DNA of 64,000 nt from a candidate division WWE3 bacterium. GTDB lineage: Bacteria; Patescibacteriota; WWE3; UBA101185; UBA10185. The notes under the pieces were generated by a model. It had not been told where the DNA came from. It saw only the letters and a program-made list of their open reading frames with translations, and did no database searches. Below, one piece after another: positions 1 to 9,914 of the stretch. The stretch is taken from contig WJKK01000001.1 in assembly GCA_014729135.1 (NCBI GenBank), positions 535,590 to 599,589 on the forward strand, given 5' to 3'. Position 1 is the first letter of the stretch. Each line of letters begins with the position of its first letter. A program made the translations under genes and the position numbers.

Positions 1-258
1 CGAAAAGTCTGTACTCAGACTTTGAGTTTTTAGCTGTTACCTCACAAGTTTCGATAGAAACTTGTGAAAGTCTTGACATGCCCGAAATCCGCCGAAGGCG
101 GATTGAGAATTTAGCTGTGACGTAAAAGTTCTGCGAACTTTTACGGATCATCCAAAATCTAAGATTTTGGAAGCACCTTCAAGTGTAGCGAAGCTACCTT
201 GAAGACTGGCTTGAATAAAATTCAAGGCTGCCTCACAAGTTGTACTCAACTTGTGAAA
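1..258 (+). repeat. Modular hairpin array (truncated by window start), same family as the tRNA-linked arrays
   Basis: Back-to-back inverted repeats, e.g. CGAA-aagtctg-tact-cagactt-TGAG (1-26), CGAA-atccgcc-gaa-ggcggat-TGAG (83-107), tcacaagttg-tact-caacttgtga (233-256). Segment 28-107 has the same module order as 45942-46019. Confidence 0.9.
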
Positions 259-299
259 TCCCCTCTTCAACCAAAATCCCAAACTGATATACTATTCCC

Positions 300-743
300 A
301 TGAACAAAAATTTTTTAAAAAGAGTTGTCGAGCTCTCCAAACAATCCCAGGAAGAAGGAAAATTTCCTGCGGGAGCTTTATTAGTAAAAGACGGTAAAAT
401 TGTGTATGAAGAGACAAGTAGTCCGTTTCCAGATCAACACCTTCACGGGGAAATCAAAGTAATAGATCAAGCTATTGCAGATATTCGCGATCAGCTAGGG
501 GAGTATGAGTTATATACATCATTAGCTCCTTGCTTGATGTGTTTAGGAAAAATATATTGGTCGGGGATAAAAAAAGTCTATTTTATACTTTCCCGAGAAG
601 ATACTTGTAAATATCTAGAAGGAGAGCATGATTTTAATGATATTGTTTCGAAATTCAACAAGCCAATAGAATTTATACAAGACAAAACATACTACGACGA
701 GGCAAAAGATATTTACGACACCTGGGAGGAAACCATATTATGA
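300..743 (+). CDS. Nucleoside/nucleotide deaminase (TadA/guanine deaminase-like, zinc-dependent)
   Basis: HGE and PCLMC zinc motifs, PAGALLV strand. TGA-TATACT box 6 nt before the ATG. Confidence 0.85.
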   Translation: MNKNFLKRVVELSKQSQEEGKFPAGALLVKDGKIVYEETSSPFPDQHLHGEIKVIDQAIADIRDQLGEYELYTSLAPCLMCLGKIYWSGIKKVYFILSREDTCKYLEGEHDFNDIVSKFNKPIEFIQDKTYYDEAKDIYDTWEETIL

Positions 744-1222
744 AAATAGCAATAATGTCAGACAGTCACGACGACTGGATCAATCTGGAAAAAGCCGTAA
801 CTATAGCCAATGAAAGGGGCTGTACCCATCTCCTTTTTGCGGGAGATTTAATTGCTCCTACCGGAATTTCAATTCTTGGAAAATTTAAAGGGGAAGTTAA
901 GTTTGTATGGGGAAATAATGAAGGTGAGAGAGTAGGTCTAACTAGAAAGATGGACGCTTCAGAAAAAATTGAACTTTGTGGAGACGTTTATGAGGACACT
1001 ATTGGAGAAGTTAGAGTGTTTATGACTCATAAACCAAGAATTGCAGAGTTGGCGGCTAAATCAGACGAGTTTGATCTTTGTATACATGGCCATACACATG
1101 CCTTTCGTAATGAGGAAGTGAACGGAGCTATTCTTATGAATCCCGGAGGGATAAAGGGTAGTAACTCTTCTTTTGCAATATTTGATTTGGAAACTAGAGA
1201 AGTACAGCAGATTGCTCTATGA
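740..1222 (+). CDS. YfcE/MJ0936-family metallophosphoesterase
   Basis: SDSHD, AGD, GNNE, HGHTH and NPG motifs. ATGA overlap with the upstream gene. Confidence 0.9.
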   Translation: MKIAIMSDSHDDWINLEKAVTIANERGCTHLLFAGDLIAPTGISILGKFKGEVKFVWGNNEGERVGLTRKMDASEKIELCGDVYEDTIGEVRVFMTHKPRIAELAAKSDEFDLCIHGHTHAFRNEEVNGAILMNPGGIKGSNSSFAIFDLETREVQQIAL

Positions 1223-1776
1223 AAAAAGCATTCCTAATACACGGAGCATACGGCAATCCTCAAGAAAACTGGTTTCCCTGGCTTAAAGAAAAACTAGAAC
1301 AACACAACTACAAAGTAATAACTCCTACTTTTCCAACACCCGAAAATCAAACTCTTAAAAATTGGAATGATGTGTTTGACAAATACAAAGAGCAATTGGA
1401 TGAGGAAACAATACTGATAGGCCATAGTTTAGGTTGTCCTTACATTCTAAACGTACTTCAGGATATAGATAAAAAAGTTAAGGCAGCCTATTTGGTAGCT
1501 GCTTTTCATAAAGCATTGGGACACTCCATAGATGAAATAAATGAAACATTTGTTGAGAAGGATTTTGACTGGAGTGCTATTAAACGGAATTGTGAAAATA
1601 TAGTTATGTTTAGTAGTGATAATGATCCTTATATCCCTATGGAGGTTTCAGAGGAACTTGCACAGAATTTAGATGCTGATTTTAATGTGGTTGCTGATGG
1701 TGGGCATCTTAATTCAACAGCAGGTTATACGGAGTTTGAGGAGTTGTTGAAGAAGTTGGAGGATTTGTTTGTATGA
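1219..1776 (+). CDS. RBBP9/YdeN-family alpha/beta hydrolase
   Basis: IHG..NWFPW, GHSLG nucleophile elbow, SDNDPY, GGH. Confidence 0.9.
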   Translation: MKKAFLIHGAYGNPQENWFPWLKEKLEQHNYKVITPTFPTPENQTLKNWNDVFDKYKEQLDEETILIGHSLGCPYILNVLQDIDKKVKAAYLVAAFHKALGHSIDEINETFVEKDFDWSAIKRNCENIVMFSSDNDPYIPMEVSEELAQNLDADFNVVADGGHLNSTAGYTEFEELLKKLEDLFV

Positions 1777-2534
1777 GAAAAATAATCTTAACTGCAGACG
1801 ACTTCGGTTTTACTGAAAACATAAACAAAGGAATCATAGAGAGTTTAGAAAAAGGATTAACAACAGAATTAAGCCTGATTGTTGGTAGTTACGGATCTGA
1901 ACAGGCTATGAAATACGCTAGAGATGCGGGATTAAAAAACATAGGATTACATCTTTCCCTTTTTGATGTATCTTTGGGAGAAAAACCTTTTAGGAGTGGT
2001 GATTACGACAATGCCTTAGAGAATTGGGAGACTTCTAAACTTGTTGGTCGTATAGAAAAAGAGATAAAAACATTTGAAGATTACTTTGGATTTACACCAT
2101 CTCACATAAATAGTCACAAACAGATACATCTAGATACGCGTTTGATTGATTACGTATTTAACTATGTTTCCAAGAATAATGTTTTTGTTAGAAAATGGGG
2201 GGACTTTGATTCTGTTACTGTTAAAAAGAGAGATACTAGCTTTATAGATAATAAGATTTCGGAGTATTCCATAAAAACTTCAGACTATCTCTTTGGTTTT
2301 GAATATGACTTTGAAAATCCTCCCAAGGCAACAGATGCTTATCATAAGCTAATAGAAAATACAAAAGAGGGGAGTCTTATAGAAATTCTTTTTCATCCCG
2401 GGTATTGTGGTGAATTTGAGGCTAGTCTTACAAGTTTTATAAAGCAACGAGAATCTGATTTAGAGCTTTTATGTTCCAACGAATTTGAGGAGATGCTTGA
2501 ATCTTATAGAATTATTAAAGCTAGTGAGATTTAA
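1773..2534 (+). CDS. ChbG/HpnK (YdjC-family) deacetylase
   Basis: ADDFG, GLHL, HINSHKQIH and EILFHPG motifs. Confidence 0.85.
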   Translation: MRKIILTADDFGFTENINKGIIESLEKGLTTELSLIVGSYGSEQAMKYARDAGLKNIGLHLSLFDVSLGEKPFRSGDYDNALENWETSKLVGRIEKEIKTFEDYFGFTPSHINSHKQIHLDTRLIDYVFNYVSKNNVFVRKWGDFDSVTVKKRDTSFIDNKISEYSIKTSDYLFGFEYDFENPPKATDAYHKLIENTKEGSLIEILFHPGYCGEFEASLTSFIKQRESDLELLCSNEFEEMLESYRIIKASEI

Positions 2535-2552
2535 TTCTCGTGTGAATCCAAC

Positions 2553-3950
2553 CTAAAACTCCCTCTCTAACAGCTCCCATAACTCTGCACGGTCTGCGTC
2601 ATAACCCAAAGCCCAAATACCAACACCCGCCAAATCAAACTCCTTAGCAATACGATATTTAACCTGAAGCGACTTCTCATTTTCAAAATAAACCGTACGC
2701 TCTTTTGCTCCCACCCCCTCCTGCGAAGCCTCCGTTTCCTCATTTCCCGAATCAACATAAACAAAATAAGGAACCTGCCCCGGCTCATCCCATAAAATCT
2801 CCGGATTCTCCTCCTCCACAAGCTCCATAATATTGGCATAAGTCTGCGTAAGCGAATCCCGAATAATTTCCACTTGCTTCTTCTCCGCCGACTTCTCAAC
2901 AGAATCCTCCTCCAAACTTCCCCCATCAACCTCACCTTCCAAATTATCATCAGAACCCTCCACAACAACCTCCTCACCCTTCGCCCAATTAAACCCATAA
3001 TAAGGAACACCCAAAATCAACTTCTGAGGAGGCGCATACGACAAATAATCCTTAATCATCGTCTTTATGTCATACCCCGCATGCAAACCGGAACCCCCCA
3101 TAGGCGACACAGGAGCAGCTTTATCCGCCGACATAATATGAAAGTCATAAGCCATAATAAAAAGCTTGTCCGCCTCTTTAGCAAGGCTTGGGACATGACT
3201 AACACGGTCATTTATTAGCGAATCCGCAAAAGTCGTCACCACCACCTCCGGCGAGTCATAATCTTTATTTAATTCCCGCTTCACAAACTTAGTAAATTCT
3301 GTGTACTTAAGTGCAGTTTCCTTATCAACCGTCTCGTAATATTCAAAATTCAAATTCACATCGTCAATTTTATGCACTGCAAGCTCATCTTTTAGGTTGT
3401 CATAAAAAGTCTCCCAACACTTCTCACAATTTAAAAACTCCGTAGACTTAGAATCCACATGAGAAATAATTGTCAAAGCCACATCAACATTTTGCCTTTT
3501 AGCCCGCCGAATAAAAGAAGCCAGTTTTTCATTATTGTGCCAAGCGTTGTAACCCGGATTAGGCACAGGCCCTTCCTCACCTTCCTGCGTTTTTAAAAAG
3601 CTTCCATCAGGTTCAATGTAAAGGCCAAAATAAGCCACATCCGTTAAATTCTCCAGCCGAAAATTATCCGTTTCTTCAATGGTCCAATAGGGAAGATAGC
3701 CGTAAATTGTATAGTCGTTTTTGCGGGTATCTTGCGTACCTAAAGTTTGCAGAATTGAGCTTTTTCCTAAAGGGGAAATAAACTCCTCCGGCTCGGCTTG
3801 CTTTGTATCCTGATCCTTTTCAGACGCTTGAGTTTGCTGCTGTGGGCGTGCACTTTGAATTAACTGTTTATTAACATGTTGCCTTTTTAAAAAATACGCA
3901 CTTCCTGCTACGGCCACAATTAAAAGAGTTGGTGCTAAAAATCGCTTCAT
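2553..3950 (-). CDS. Membrane-anchored glycoside hydrolase family 18-like protein
   Basis: N-terminal TM segment; GYLPYW, IMAYDFH, KLILGVPYYG, GVGIWALG. The catalytic motif is degenerate (DDVNLNFE). Confidence 0.8.
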   Translation of the reverse strand: MKRFLAPTLLIVAVAGSAYFLKRQHVNKQLIQSARPQQQTQASEKDQDTKQAEPEEFISPLGKSSILQTLGTQDTRKNDYTIYGYLPYWTIEETDNFRLENLTDVAYFGLYIEPDGSFLKTQEGEEGPVPNPGYNAWHNNEKLASFIRRAKRQNVDVALTIISHVDSKSTEFLNCEKCWETFYDNLKDELAVHKIDDVNLNFEYYETVDKETALKYTEFTKFVKRELNKDYDSPEVVVTTFADSLINDRVSHVPSLAKEADKLFIMAYDFHIMSADKAAPVSPMGGSGLHAGYDIKTMIKDYLSYAPPQKLILGVPYYGFNWAKGEEVVVEGSDDNLEGEVDGGSLEEDSVEKSAEKKQVEIIRDSLTQTYANIMELVEEENPEILWDEPGQVPYFVYVDSGNEETEASQEGVGAKERTVYFENEKSLQVKYRIAKEFDLAGVGIWALGYDADRAELWELLEREF

Positions 3951-4030
3951 GTTCTGATTATACCAGTGCGCCTAAATTTTACTCGGCTACTTCCGCATTA
4001 TTAAGCCCGCTAAAGTGTTAAAATAAGCCT

Positions 4031-5233
4031 GTGTTTAGGCAAAAACATCCTTTAATTAAGATTAAAAAAACTTTTCTTCTTTTGTTTGCCCTTTTAGGAT
4101 TGGTTTCGGTTGCCTCGCTTTATTTTCTTTTGAACCAGCCTAAAGCTCCTAACAATATTCGTGACCTTTTTGAAACTCCTGTAGTGACGCCTCCAAAAGA
4201 AACCGGATGCTTTGATGCTGCAACTTTAAATTATCTGGAGTACAAGTCGATTCCGCAAAAGGATCGCAAGAATAATAAGTTTGGTTTGTATATCTATGCG
4301 GAGAATAAGGACTTTATGGAGTTGGCGCAAAATTTGGTGAATTCAAATGGAGGTGATTGGGGCTATGTTTTGATTCCTTATAACGTCAAGGATCGCGATT
4401 ATTCCAAGTGGGGAGGCGTTTTTGAACGTTTGTACAGTAAGCATCTGATTCCTATTATTCAGCTTTGGGATGTGGATCCTGATGATTATGAAGATCAAAC
4501 TGAGGAGGCTGCAGAGTTTTTGAATTCGTTTGTGTGGCCAATACGGCAGCGCTATGTTTCGGTTTATAACGAGCCTAATGATTCTCGTTTTTGGTATGGG
4601 CGGGCCGACCCGGAGGAGTATGCGCAAATTTTGGATTTTACAATTGACACTTTTAAGGAGGAAAATTCCAATTTTTTTATGTTGAATGGGGCTTTGAATG
4701 TTAGTGCTACGCCGGGAGGGGGTTATTATGATGCGTTTGATTTTATGCGTCGGATGGATGCTAAGGTGTCGGGGATTTTTTCTAAATTGGATGGGTGGGC
4801 GTCGCATTCGTATCCTCAGCCGGATTTTAGCGGGAATCCCCATGCTACGGGTCGAAATAGTATTCGGGCTTATGAGGTTGAGTTGGCGTATTTAAAGCAG
4901 GCTTTAGGGGTGGAAAAGGAGTTGCCTGTTTTTATTACGGAGACAGGATGGGCGCATGCGGAGGGAGAGGTTTATAATCGGGCTTTTTTGCCGGTTTCTC
5001 AGGTGGCTGAAAACATTAAGACCGCTTATGAGCGTTATTGGCTTCCTGACAAGCGGGTTCGAGCAGTGACTCCTTTTACGGTTTGGTATGATGCTCCTTA
5101 TGATCATTTCTCTTGGGTGAATCACGATAAGGTGCCTTATTTGCATTATGAGGAGGTAAAGTCAATGGAGAAGGTGGCAGGGACTCCTGAGAGTTTGGTT
5201 CCGGGGGAGACGTCTATTAAGTCTTGTTATTGA
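4031..5233 (+). CDS. Membrane-anchored clan GH-A glycoside hydrolase-like protein
   Basis: N-terminal TM segment; NEPN acid/base motif, HSYP, VFITETGW nucleophile motif. Confidence 0.7.
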   Translation: MFRQKHPLIKIKKTFLLLFALLGLVSVASLYFLLNQPKAPNNIRDLFETPVVTPPKETGCFDAATLNYLEYKSIPQKDRKNNKFGLYIYAENKDFMELAQNLVNSNGGDWGYVLIPYNVKDRDYSKWGGVFERLYSKHLIPIIQLWDVDPDDYEDQTEEAAEFLNSFVWPIRQRYVSVYNEPNDSRFWYGRADPEEYAQILDFTIDTFKEENSNFFMLNGALNVSATPGGGYYDAFDFMRRMDAKVSGIFSKLDGWASHSYPQPDFSGNPHATGRNSIRAYEVELAYLKQALGVEKELPVFITETGWAHAEGEVYNRAFLPVSQVAENIKTAYERYWLPDKRVRAVTPFTVWYDAPYDHFSWVNHDKVPYLHYEEVKSMEKVAGTPESLVPGETSIKSCY

Positions 5234-5275
5234 TGTGGGCGGTGTATACTCTTAGAGGCTTTATTTAAAGGTAAG

Positions 5276-6550
5276 ATGTTTAATATAACAACACTAAAAA
5301 TTGCAAAAAACACAATATATCAGCTGATAGGAAAGGTCATCAGCATGTCCATAACCATTCTTGTTACGGTTTTGGTGACACGCAACTACGGTCCCGATGG
5401 ATATGGTTCTTTTAGTTTAATGCAAAGCTTTCCTGCGCTCTTTTTTATAATTGTAGATTTCGGCCTAAATGCAATTTCAGTTCGCGAAGTTTCAAGAAAC
5501 GAGTCAAAAATTTACTCCTATTTTGTTAATATTTTAATCTTTCGAGTAGTATTATCTTTGGCCTTTGCCTTGGTTTTGGGTTTGTTGCTCGTTTTTTTTC
5601 CCTACGAGCCTTCATTAGTTTTTGGAATCCGTTTAAGTTTGCTTCTTATCTTAACGCAGGCTTTATATGCAACAACAAACATAGTGTTTCAAACAAAGCT
5701 TCGCTATGACCTTTCCGTTTTAGGTCAAACTGCCGGTTACGTTTTCATTTTAGGTGCTTCGCTTTATTTAATTTCCCAATCCGCTTCTGTAACTTGGGTA
5801 AGTTTTACTTATGTTGTTGGTGGCTTCATAACCTTTTTTGTTAACTTTTTCCTAATTCGCCAAATGTCTATTGAAAAAGCTTTTACCTATGATCCAAAAC
5901 TTATAAAGCGCCTATTTATAGAGGCGCTTCCTTTAGGAATAACTTTTATTTTTAGCCAAATGAACTTTAAGGAAGACGCCATTTTATTGTCAATTCTTCC
6001 CGTACCTGAGTCGTTTAATCTGAGCAGTACCGAAACAGTTGGCGTTTACTCCTTGCCCTACAAGGTTTTTGAGGTTTCGTTAGTTATTCCCACTTTTTTC
6101 ATGAACGCCTCTTATCCTGTTTTGGTTCGTCACATGGAGGAAGGTCCTAAAAGGCTTCAAGATACGTTTACTAAAGTTTTAGCTTTTCTACTTTTGGGAG
6201 GCTTATTAGCCGGAGTAGTTGGTTACTTTTTAGCTCCTTGGATGATTGACTTTTTGGGAGGATCAGATTTTTCCCAATCTATTGCAGTTTTAAGGATTTT
6301 GTTATGTGGTGCTGTTGTTTTTTATATGACCCAGCCTATTTCTTGGTTAATTGTTACCCTAAGTCGCCAAAAGTACCTCCCTTATATTTATGCCTGCAGC
6401 GTTGCCTTCAACTTGGTTTTTAATTTAATTTTCATACCACGCTATTCCTTTTATGCTGCCTCTTTTATAACAGTCTTTTCCGAAGTTTTGATACTAATTT
6501 TGCTGTCTTTTTTTGCCCGAAAAGCTTGGAGAGAAAATTATGCTTCCTAA
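5276..6550 (+). CDS. Polysaccharide flippase (Wzx/MATE-like)
   Basis: Polytopic membrane protein; IAKNT..Q, YG..GYG.FS, DFGL...VREVS. Confidence 0.85.
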   Translation: MFNITTLKIAKNTIYQLIGKVISMSITILVTVLVTRNYGPDGYGSFSLMQSFPALFFIIVDFGLNAISVREVSRNESKIYSYFVNILIFRVVLSLAFALVLGLLLVFFPYEPSLVFGIRLSLLLILTQALYATTNIVFQTKLRYDLSVLGQTAGYVFILGASLYLISQSASVTWVSFTYVVGGFITFFVNFFLIRQMSIEKAFTYDPKLIKRLFIEALPLGITFIFSQMNFKEDAILLSILPVPESFNLSSTETVGVYSLPYKVFEVSLVIPTFFMNASYPVLVRHMEEGPKRLQDTFTKVLAFLLLGGLLAGVVGYFLAPWMIDFLGGSDFSQSIAVLRILLCGAVVFYMTQPISWLIVTLSRQKYLPYIYACSVAFNLVFNLIFIPRYSFYAASFITVFSEVLILILLSFFARKAWRENYAS

Positions 6551-7730
6551 GATTTTATTTAGCCTTTGGTTTTTGAGTTTAAATTTGGGTCAGTTTTCTG
6601 CTCTTTCTAAAGGAACTTTTGGAGGCATTTATCTTTTTGATCTCTTTGCAGTTTTGTGGGTTTTTGGTGGCTTTTTGTACTTTTTTATGGTTAAGCGTTT
6701 AAAGTTTTATGTACCAAAGATTTTTTTCCCTTTGTTAGGATTTATCTTTATTGCTTTTGTTTCTTTGCTGGCTGTTTTAGGAAAGTTTTCTCAACTGGAG
6801 CTTTTGGTTTCCGGTTTTTATTTATTTAGATTTATTATTTACGTTTTGGGAGGTTTGTTGGTTTATAATTTTCTTCATTCCGGTCAGTTTTCAGAGGAGT
6901 TTTTATTTAAGCTTGTTGCTTTTTCAGCTGTTTTTATTTCTTTAGCGGGATTTATTCAGCTTGTTGTTTTGCCGGACTTTACTAAACTGGATTCTTCTTT
7001 AGGATGGGATCCACATAAAAATCGCTTAGCTTCTACTTTTTTTGATCCCAATTTTGTGGGAGCTTATTTGGTTTTATGTTTTAATATTTTGGTTTCTGGT
7101 AAGCGTTTTTATAAGAAGTTTTATGTTCCGTTGGTTTTACTTACGGTTTTTTCTATTTTTTTGACTTTTTCCAGAAGTGCTTGGTTGATGTTAGCTATTA
7201 GTATTTTTGTTTGGGGAGTTTTTCGTTACCGCTTTTTACTTTTTTTGGCCGGTGTTTTAGCTTTTAGTGCTTACTTTGCTGTTCCACGTGTTCAAACTAG
7301 AATTTCCGGCATAACGGATCCGGCGGATTCTGCACATTTTCGGCTTATTTCTTGGCAAAATACATTTGAAATTGCTTCAGATAATTTGTTTTTAGGCACG
7401 GGTTTTAATACTTTTAGGTTTGTTCAAAAGGATTACGGCTATTTTGGAGTAGATTGGGGGGGACATTCAGGAGGTGGTTCTGATTCAAGTTTGCTTTTGG
7501 TTTTAGCTACAACAGGAGTTTTTGGTTTTCTTGCTTTTTTTGGTTTTTGGGTTGTTTCGGGAATTTCGGGTCTTCAAAGTATAAAAAGCAATCCTTATTC
7601 TTTAGTGTTGTTAGCCTCCCTATCCTCGCTTTTAGTAGAATCTTTTTTTATTAATTCCCTTTTCTATCCCCAAATCCTTCTCTTCTGGTTGTTAATAATT
7701 GTGCTTTATCTTAATCCCTCTTATAAGTAA
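6540..7730 (+). CDS. O-antigen ligase/polymerase (Wzy_C) family protein
   Basis: RLASTFFDPN, LTFSRSAWL, R..SW, GTGFNTF. The ATG at 6540 overlaps the flippase end. Confidence 0.8.
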   Translation: MLPKILFSLWFLSLNLGQFSALSKGTFGGIYLFDLFAVLWVFGGFLYFFMVKRLKFYVPKIFFPLLGFIFIAFVSLLAVLGKFSQLELLVSGFYLFRFIIYVLGGLLVYNFLHSGQFSEEFLFKLVAFSAVFISLAGFIQLVVLPDFTKLDSSLGWDPHKNRLASTFFDPNFVGAYLVLCFNILVSGKRFYKKFYVPLVLLTVFSIFLTFSRSAWLMLAISIFVWGVFRYRFLLFLAGVLAFSAYFAVPRVQTRISGITDPADSAHFRLISWQNTFEIASDNLFLGTGFNTFRFVQKDYGYFGVDWGGHSGGGSDSSLLLVLATTGVFGFLAFFGFWVVSGISGLQSIKSNPYSLVLLASLSSLLVESFFINSLFYPQILLFWLLIIVLYLNPSYK

Positions 7731-8397
7731 CCTTAAGCTTCTCCTCTGCAGTATTCCCCGCTAAATCCGTTGCCTTAATAGTAATTTCCATCTCGCCCTC
7801 CTTAGCACCTAACAAAAACACAAAAGAATTATCAGGCTTTTGAATAGCCACACGATCATTTATTTTAATAGTAGCCTTTTCACTTATTTCACCAACAATT
7901 TCAATTCGCTCATTAAGATTCTCAATTTTATCGCCATCCTTTGGACTCTCAATTTCAATCTCAGGATCCTCATCATCATAATCAATAGTAATTGTTTCTG
8001 ATTTTGTATCATTTGCCTTAGCAAAAAGCGTGTTCTTTCCCTTATTTAGTGCAACTTCCGTAAACAAAAACTCCCCTGACATATCCGTTATAACTTCTCC
8101 TGCCTTAGGACCATTTACAAAAAGCTCTATTTTAGTTTTTGGAGCTGACATTCCTTTTATATTTACTTTAGTTTCATTAACAGCTTTAGGTACCTCCACA
8201 AAAACCGGGGGAGGCGTGTTAGCCTGAGGAGGATTTATTGTTTCATTTCTATTTACAGAGATCATTCCAAATAGAGCGCCAATTTTTGGTCCAAATTTAA
8301 GCATTCCAAAAAGAGACAGAATCCCTATAGCAAAAATAGCCAGTAAACGTTTTGCAAGAATCTTATTAATGTCCTCAGGAGTGGTTTTATTTGGCAT
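7711..8397 (-). CDS. Membrane-anchored Ig-like domain protein
   Basis: One TM segment followed by beta-rich Big-like segments (DPEIEIESP, ATDLAGN). Confidence 0.65.
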   Translation of the reverse strand: MPNKTTPEDINKILAKRLLAIFAIGILSLFGMLKFGPKIGALFGMISVNRNETINPPQANTPPPVFVEVPKAVNETKVNIKGMSAPKTKIELFVNGPKAGEVITDMSGEFLFTEVALNKGKNTLFAKANDTKSETITIDYDDEDPEIEIESPKDGDKIENLNERIEIVGEISEKATIKINDRVAIQKPDNSFVFLLGAKEGEMEITIKATDLAGNTAEEKLKVTYKRD

Positions 8398-9295
8398 ATT
8401 CTTTTACTTTTTCCTCTAAATAAGGGAGTAAATCTTTACGCAAGTCTTCTCTTAGCATGGCAAATTCAAATGTGGCTTTTAAGTAGCGGAGGGGATCTCC
8501 TGTTGTTAGCCATTCTCCCTCTATTGGAGGTGCTATTACCTTTTTTCCGGCATCTGCTAGGTCGTTTAAAATATCTGCAATCCAAAGTTCTCCGTCTTTC
8601 CCTGTATCTGCCTTTGTTGCAGCTTCTACTACGTCGTAAGAAAAGACAAATCTTCCAAATTGCGCCATTGTAGAGGGAGCTTCTTCAGCCGGGAGTTTTT
8701 CATGAATTTGTTTTACTTCATATTTGTAATCGGCATCTGTCTTGTATTCAACGGAACCGTATCTGCTAATTTCTTTTTTTGGAACTTCCTGTACTGCCAA
8801 GGTTGCTGTTGCTTTTTGATCTAAGTGTTTTTCCATTAGCTGCCCTGCAATAGGAGTTCCATTGTTGCTTATTGTTAAGTCGTCTCCAAACATGTACACA
8901 AAGGATTCGTTGTCGTCTATTAGGTTTTTAGCTGCTAATAAAGGTGTGCCGTTTCCATATGGAAGGTCTTTTTTCTGGCGTACGTAAATAAAGTTGGCCA
9001 TGTTTGCAACTTCTTGGATTTTTGCAAGTCGATCCAGTTTTCCTGTTTCTTCGAGTTTGTGTTCCAGTTCTAGGTTGTTGTCAAAGTAGTCTTCCATTAT
9101 ATGCTGGCCAAATCTTGTAACTAAGATGATGTCTTTTATGCCGGAATTTACTGCTTCTGCAACAAGTTCATGGATTATTGGGCGGTCTATTATTGGGAGC
9201 ATTTCCTTTGGTTGGTTTTTTGTTGCGGGGAGGAAGCGTGTTCCATAACCTGCTACTGCAATGACGGCTTTTGTGATTTGGGAATGGTTTTTCAT
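8387..9295 (-). CDS. galU: UTP-glucose-1-phosphate uridylyltransferase
   Basis: KAVIAVAGYGTRFLPATKNQPKEMLPIIDRP signature. Confidence 0.9.
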   Translation of the reverse strand: MKNHSQITKAVIAVAGYGTRFLPATKNQPKEMLPIIDRPIIHELVAEAVNSGIKDIILVTRFGQHIMEDYFDNNLELEHKLEETGKLDRLAKIQEVANMANFIYVRQKKDLPYGNGTPLLAAKNLIDDNESFVYMFGDDLTISNNGTPIAGQLMEKHLDQKATATLAVQEVPKKEISRYGSVEYKTDADYKYEVKQIHEKLPAEEAPSTMAQFGRFVFSYDVVEAATKADTGKDGELWIADILNDLADAGKKVIAPPIEGEWLTTGDPLRYLKATFEFAMLREDLRKDLLPYLEEKVKEYAK

Positions 9296-9327
9296 AGCTT
9301 GATTATTATAGCATTTTGCGATTCGAA

Positions 9328-9403
9328 TGGAGCCGATGGTCGGGCTTGAACCGACGACCTATCCCTTACGAAGGGATTGCTCTACCAGCTGAGCTACATC
9401 GGC
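9328..9403 (-). tRNA. tRNA-Thr(CGT)
   Basis: Cloverleaf GCCGATG...CATCGGC-TCCA; anticodon arm atccc-tt-CGT-aa-gggat; GTTCAAG T-loop. Confidence 0.95.
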
Positions 9404-9434
9404 CTGTTTGTTAAAATTTTCAATTCCCTTTTAT

Positions 9435-9772
9435 TAACAGGTTACTTTGTAACCTGTTAGGCACAGCTAAATAGTCGCAACGAAATTTTATCTAAATTAT
9501 CGTTGATCCGTAAAACTTCATTGAAGTTTTACGTCGCGTCAGCGCGCTCCTATTTACCTGAGTCATCGAAATGCCGATTGTCCTTGTTTGCGACCGTACA
9601 ACTTTGTGAGATAAAAACAGACCTCACCTTTTGCCTTCGGCCAATGCTTCGGGTTGCGAAACAACATGTGTTGTAACTAACAGGTTACTTTGTAACCTGT
9701 TAGGCATAACAAAATGTAATTAATCCTTTTTTCATTTTGTTAAGCCATTTGGGTTCGCGTTGCGAACACAAA
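9435..9772 (-). repeat. Modular hairpin array immediately 3' of tRNA-Gly
   Basis: Exact 29-bp direct repeat taacaggttactttgtaacctgttaggca (9435-9463, 9678-9706). Arms gactcaggtaaat/atttagctgtgcc are shared with 36580-36640 and 45894-45954. Module gacgtaaaa..ttttacggatc is shared with 119-149. Confidence 0.88.
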
Positions 9773-9848
9773 TGGAGCGGGTGACGGGGCTTGAACCCGC
9801 GACCTTCTCCTTGGGAAGGAGACGCTCTACCAGCTGAGCCACACCCGC
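9773..9848 (-). tRNA. tRNA-Gly(CCC)
   Basis: GCGGGTG...CACCCGC-TCCA; anticodon arm tctcc-tt-CCC-aa-ggaga. Confidence 0.95.
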
Positions 9849-9885
9849 AAAATTAAAAGCAAAGGCATTATAAAACACCTCCTAC

Positions 9886-9914
9886 AAACAACAAAACCCC
9901 GCATAAACGGGGTT
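9886..9914 (-). terminator. Probable intrinsic terminator after the LysM gene
   Basis: aaccccg-N6-cggggtt hairpin (9895-9914) followed by a T-rich tract on the minus strand. Confidence 0.55.

Noticed and set aside
2567-5146. Long alternative-frame and antisense ORFs inside the two hydrolase genes, and similar ones in polX, clp and leuS
   Set aside because: Shadow ORFs produced by the local strand bias; they overlap motif-bearing genes.
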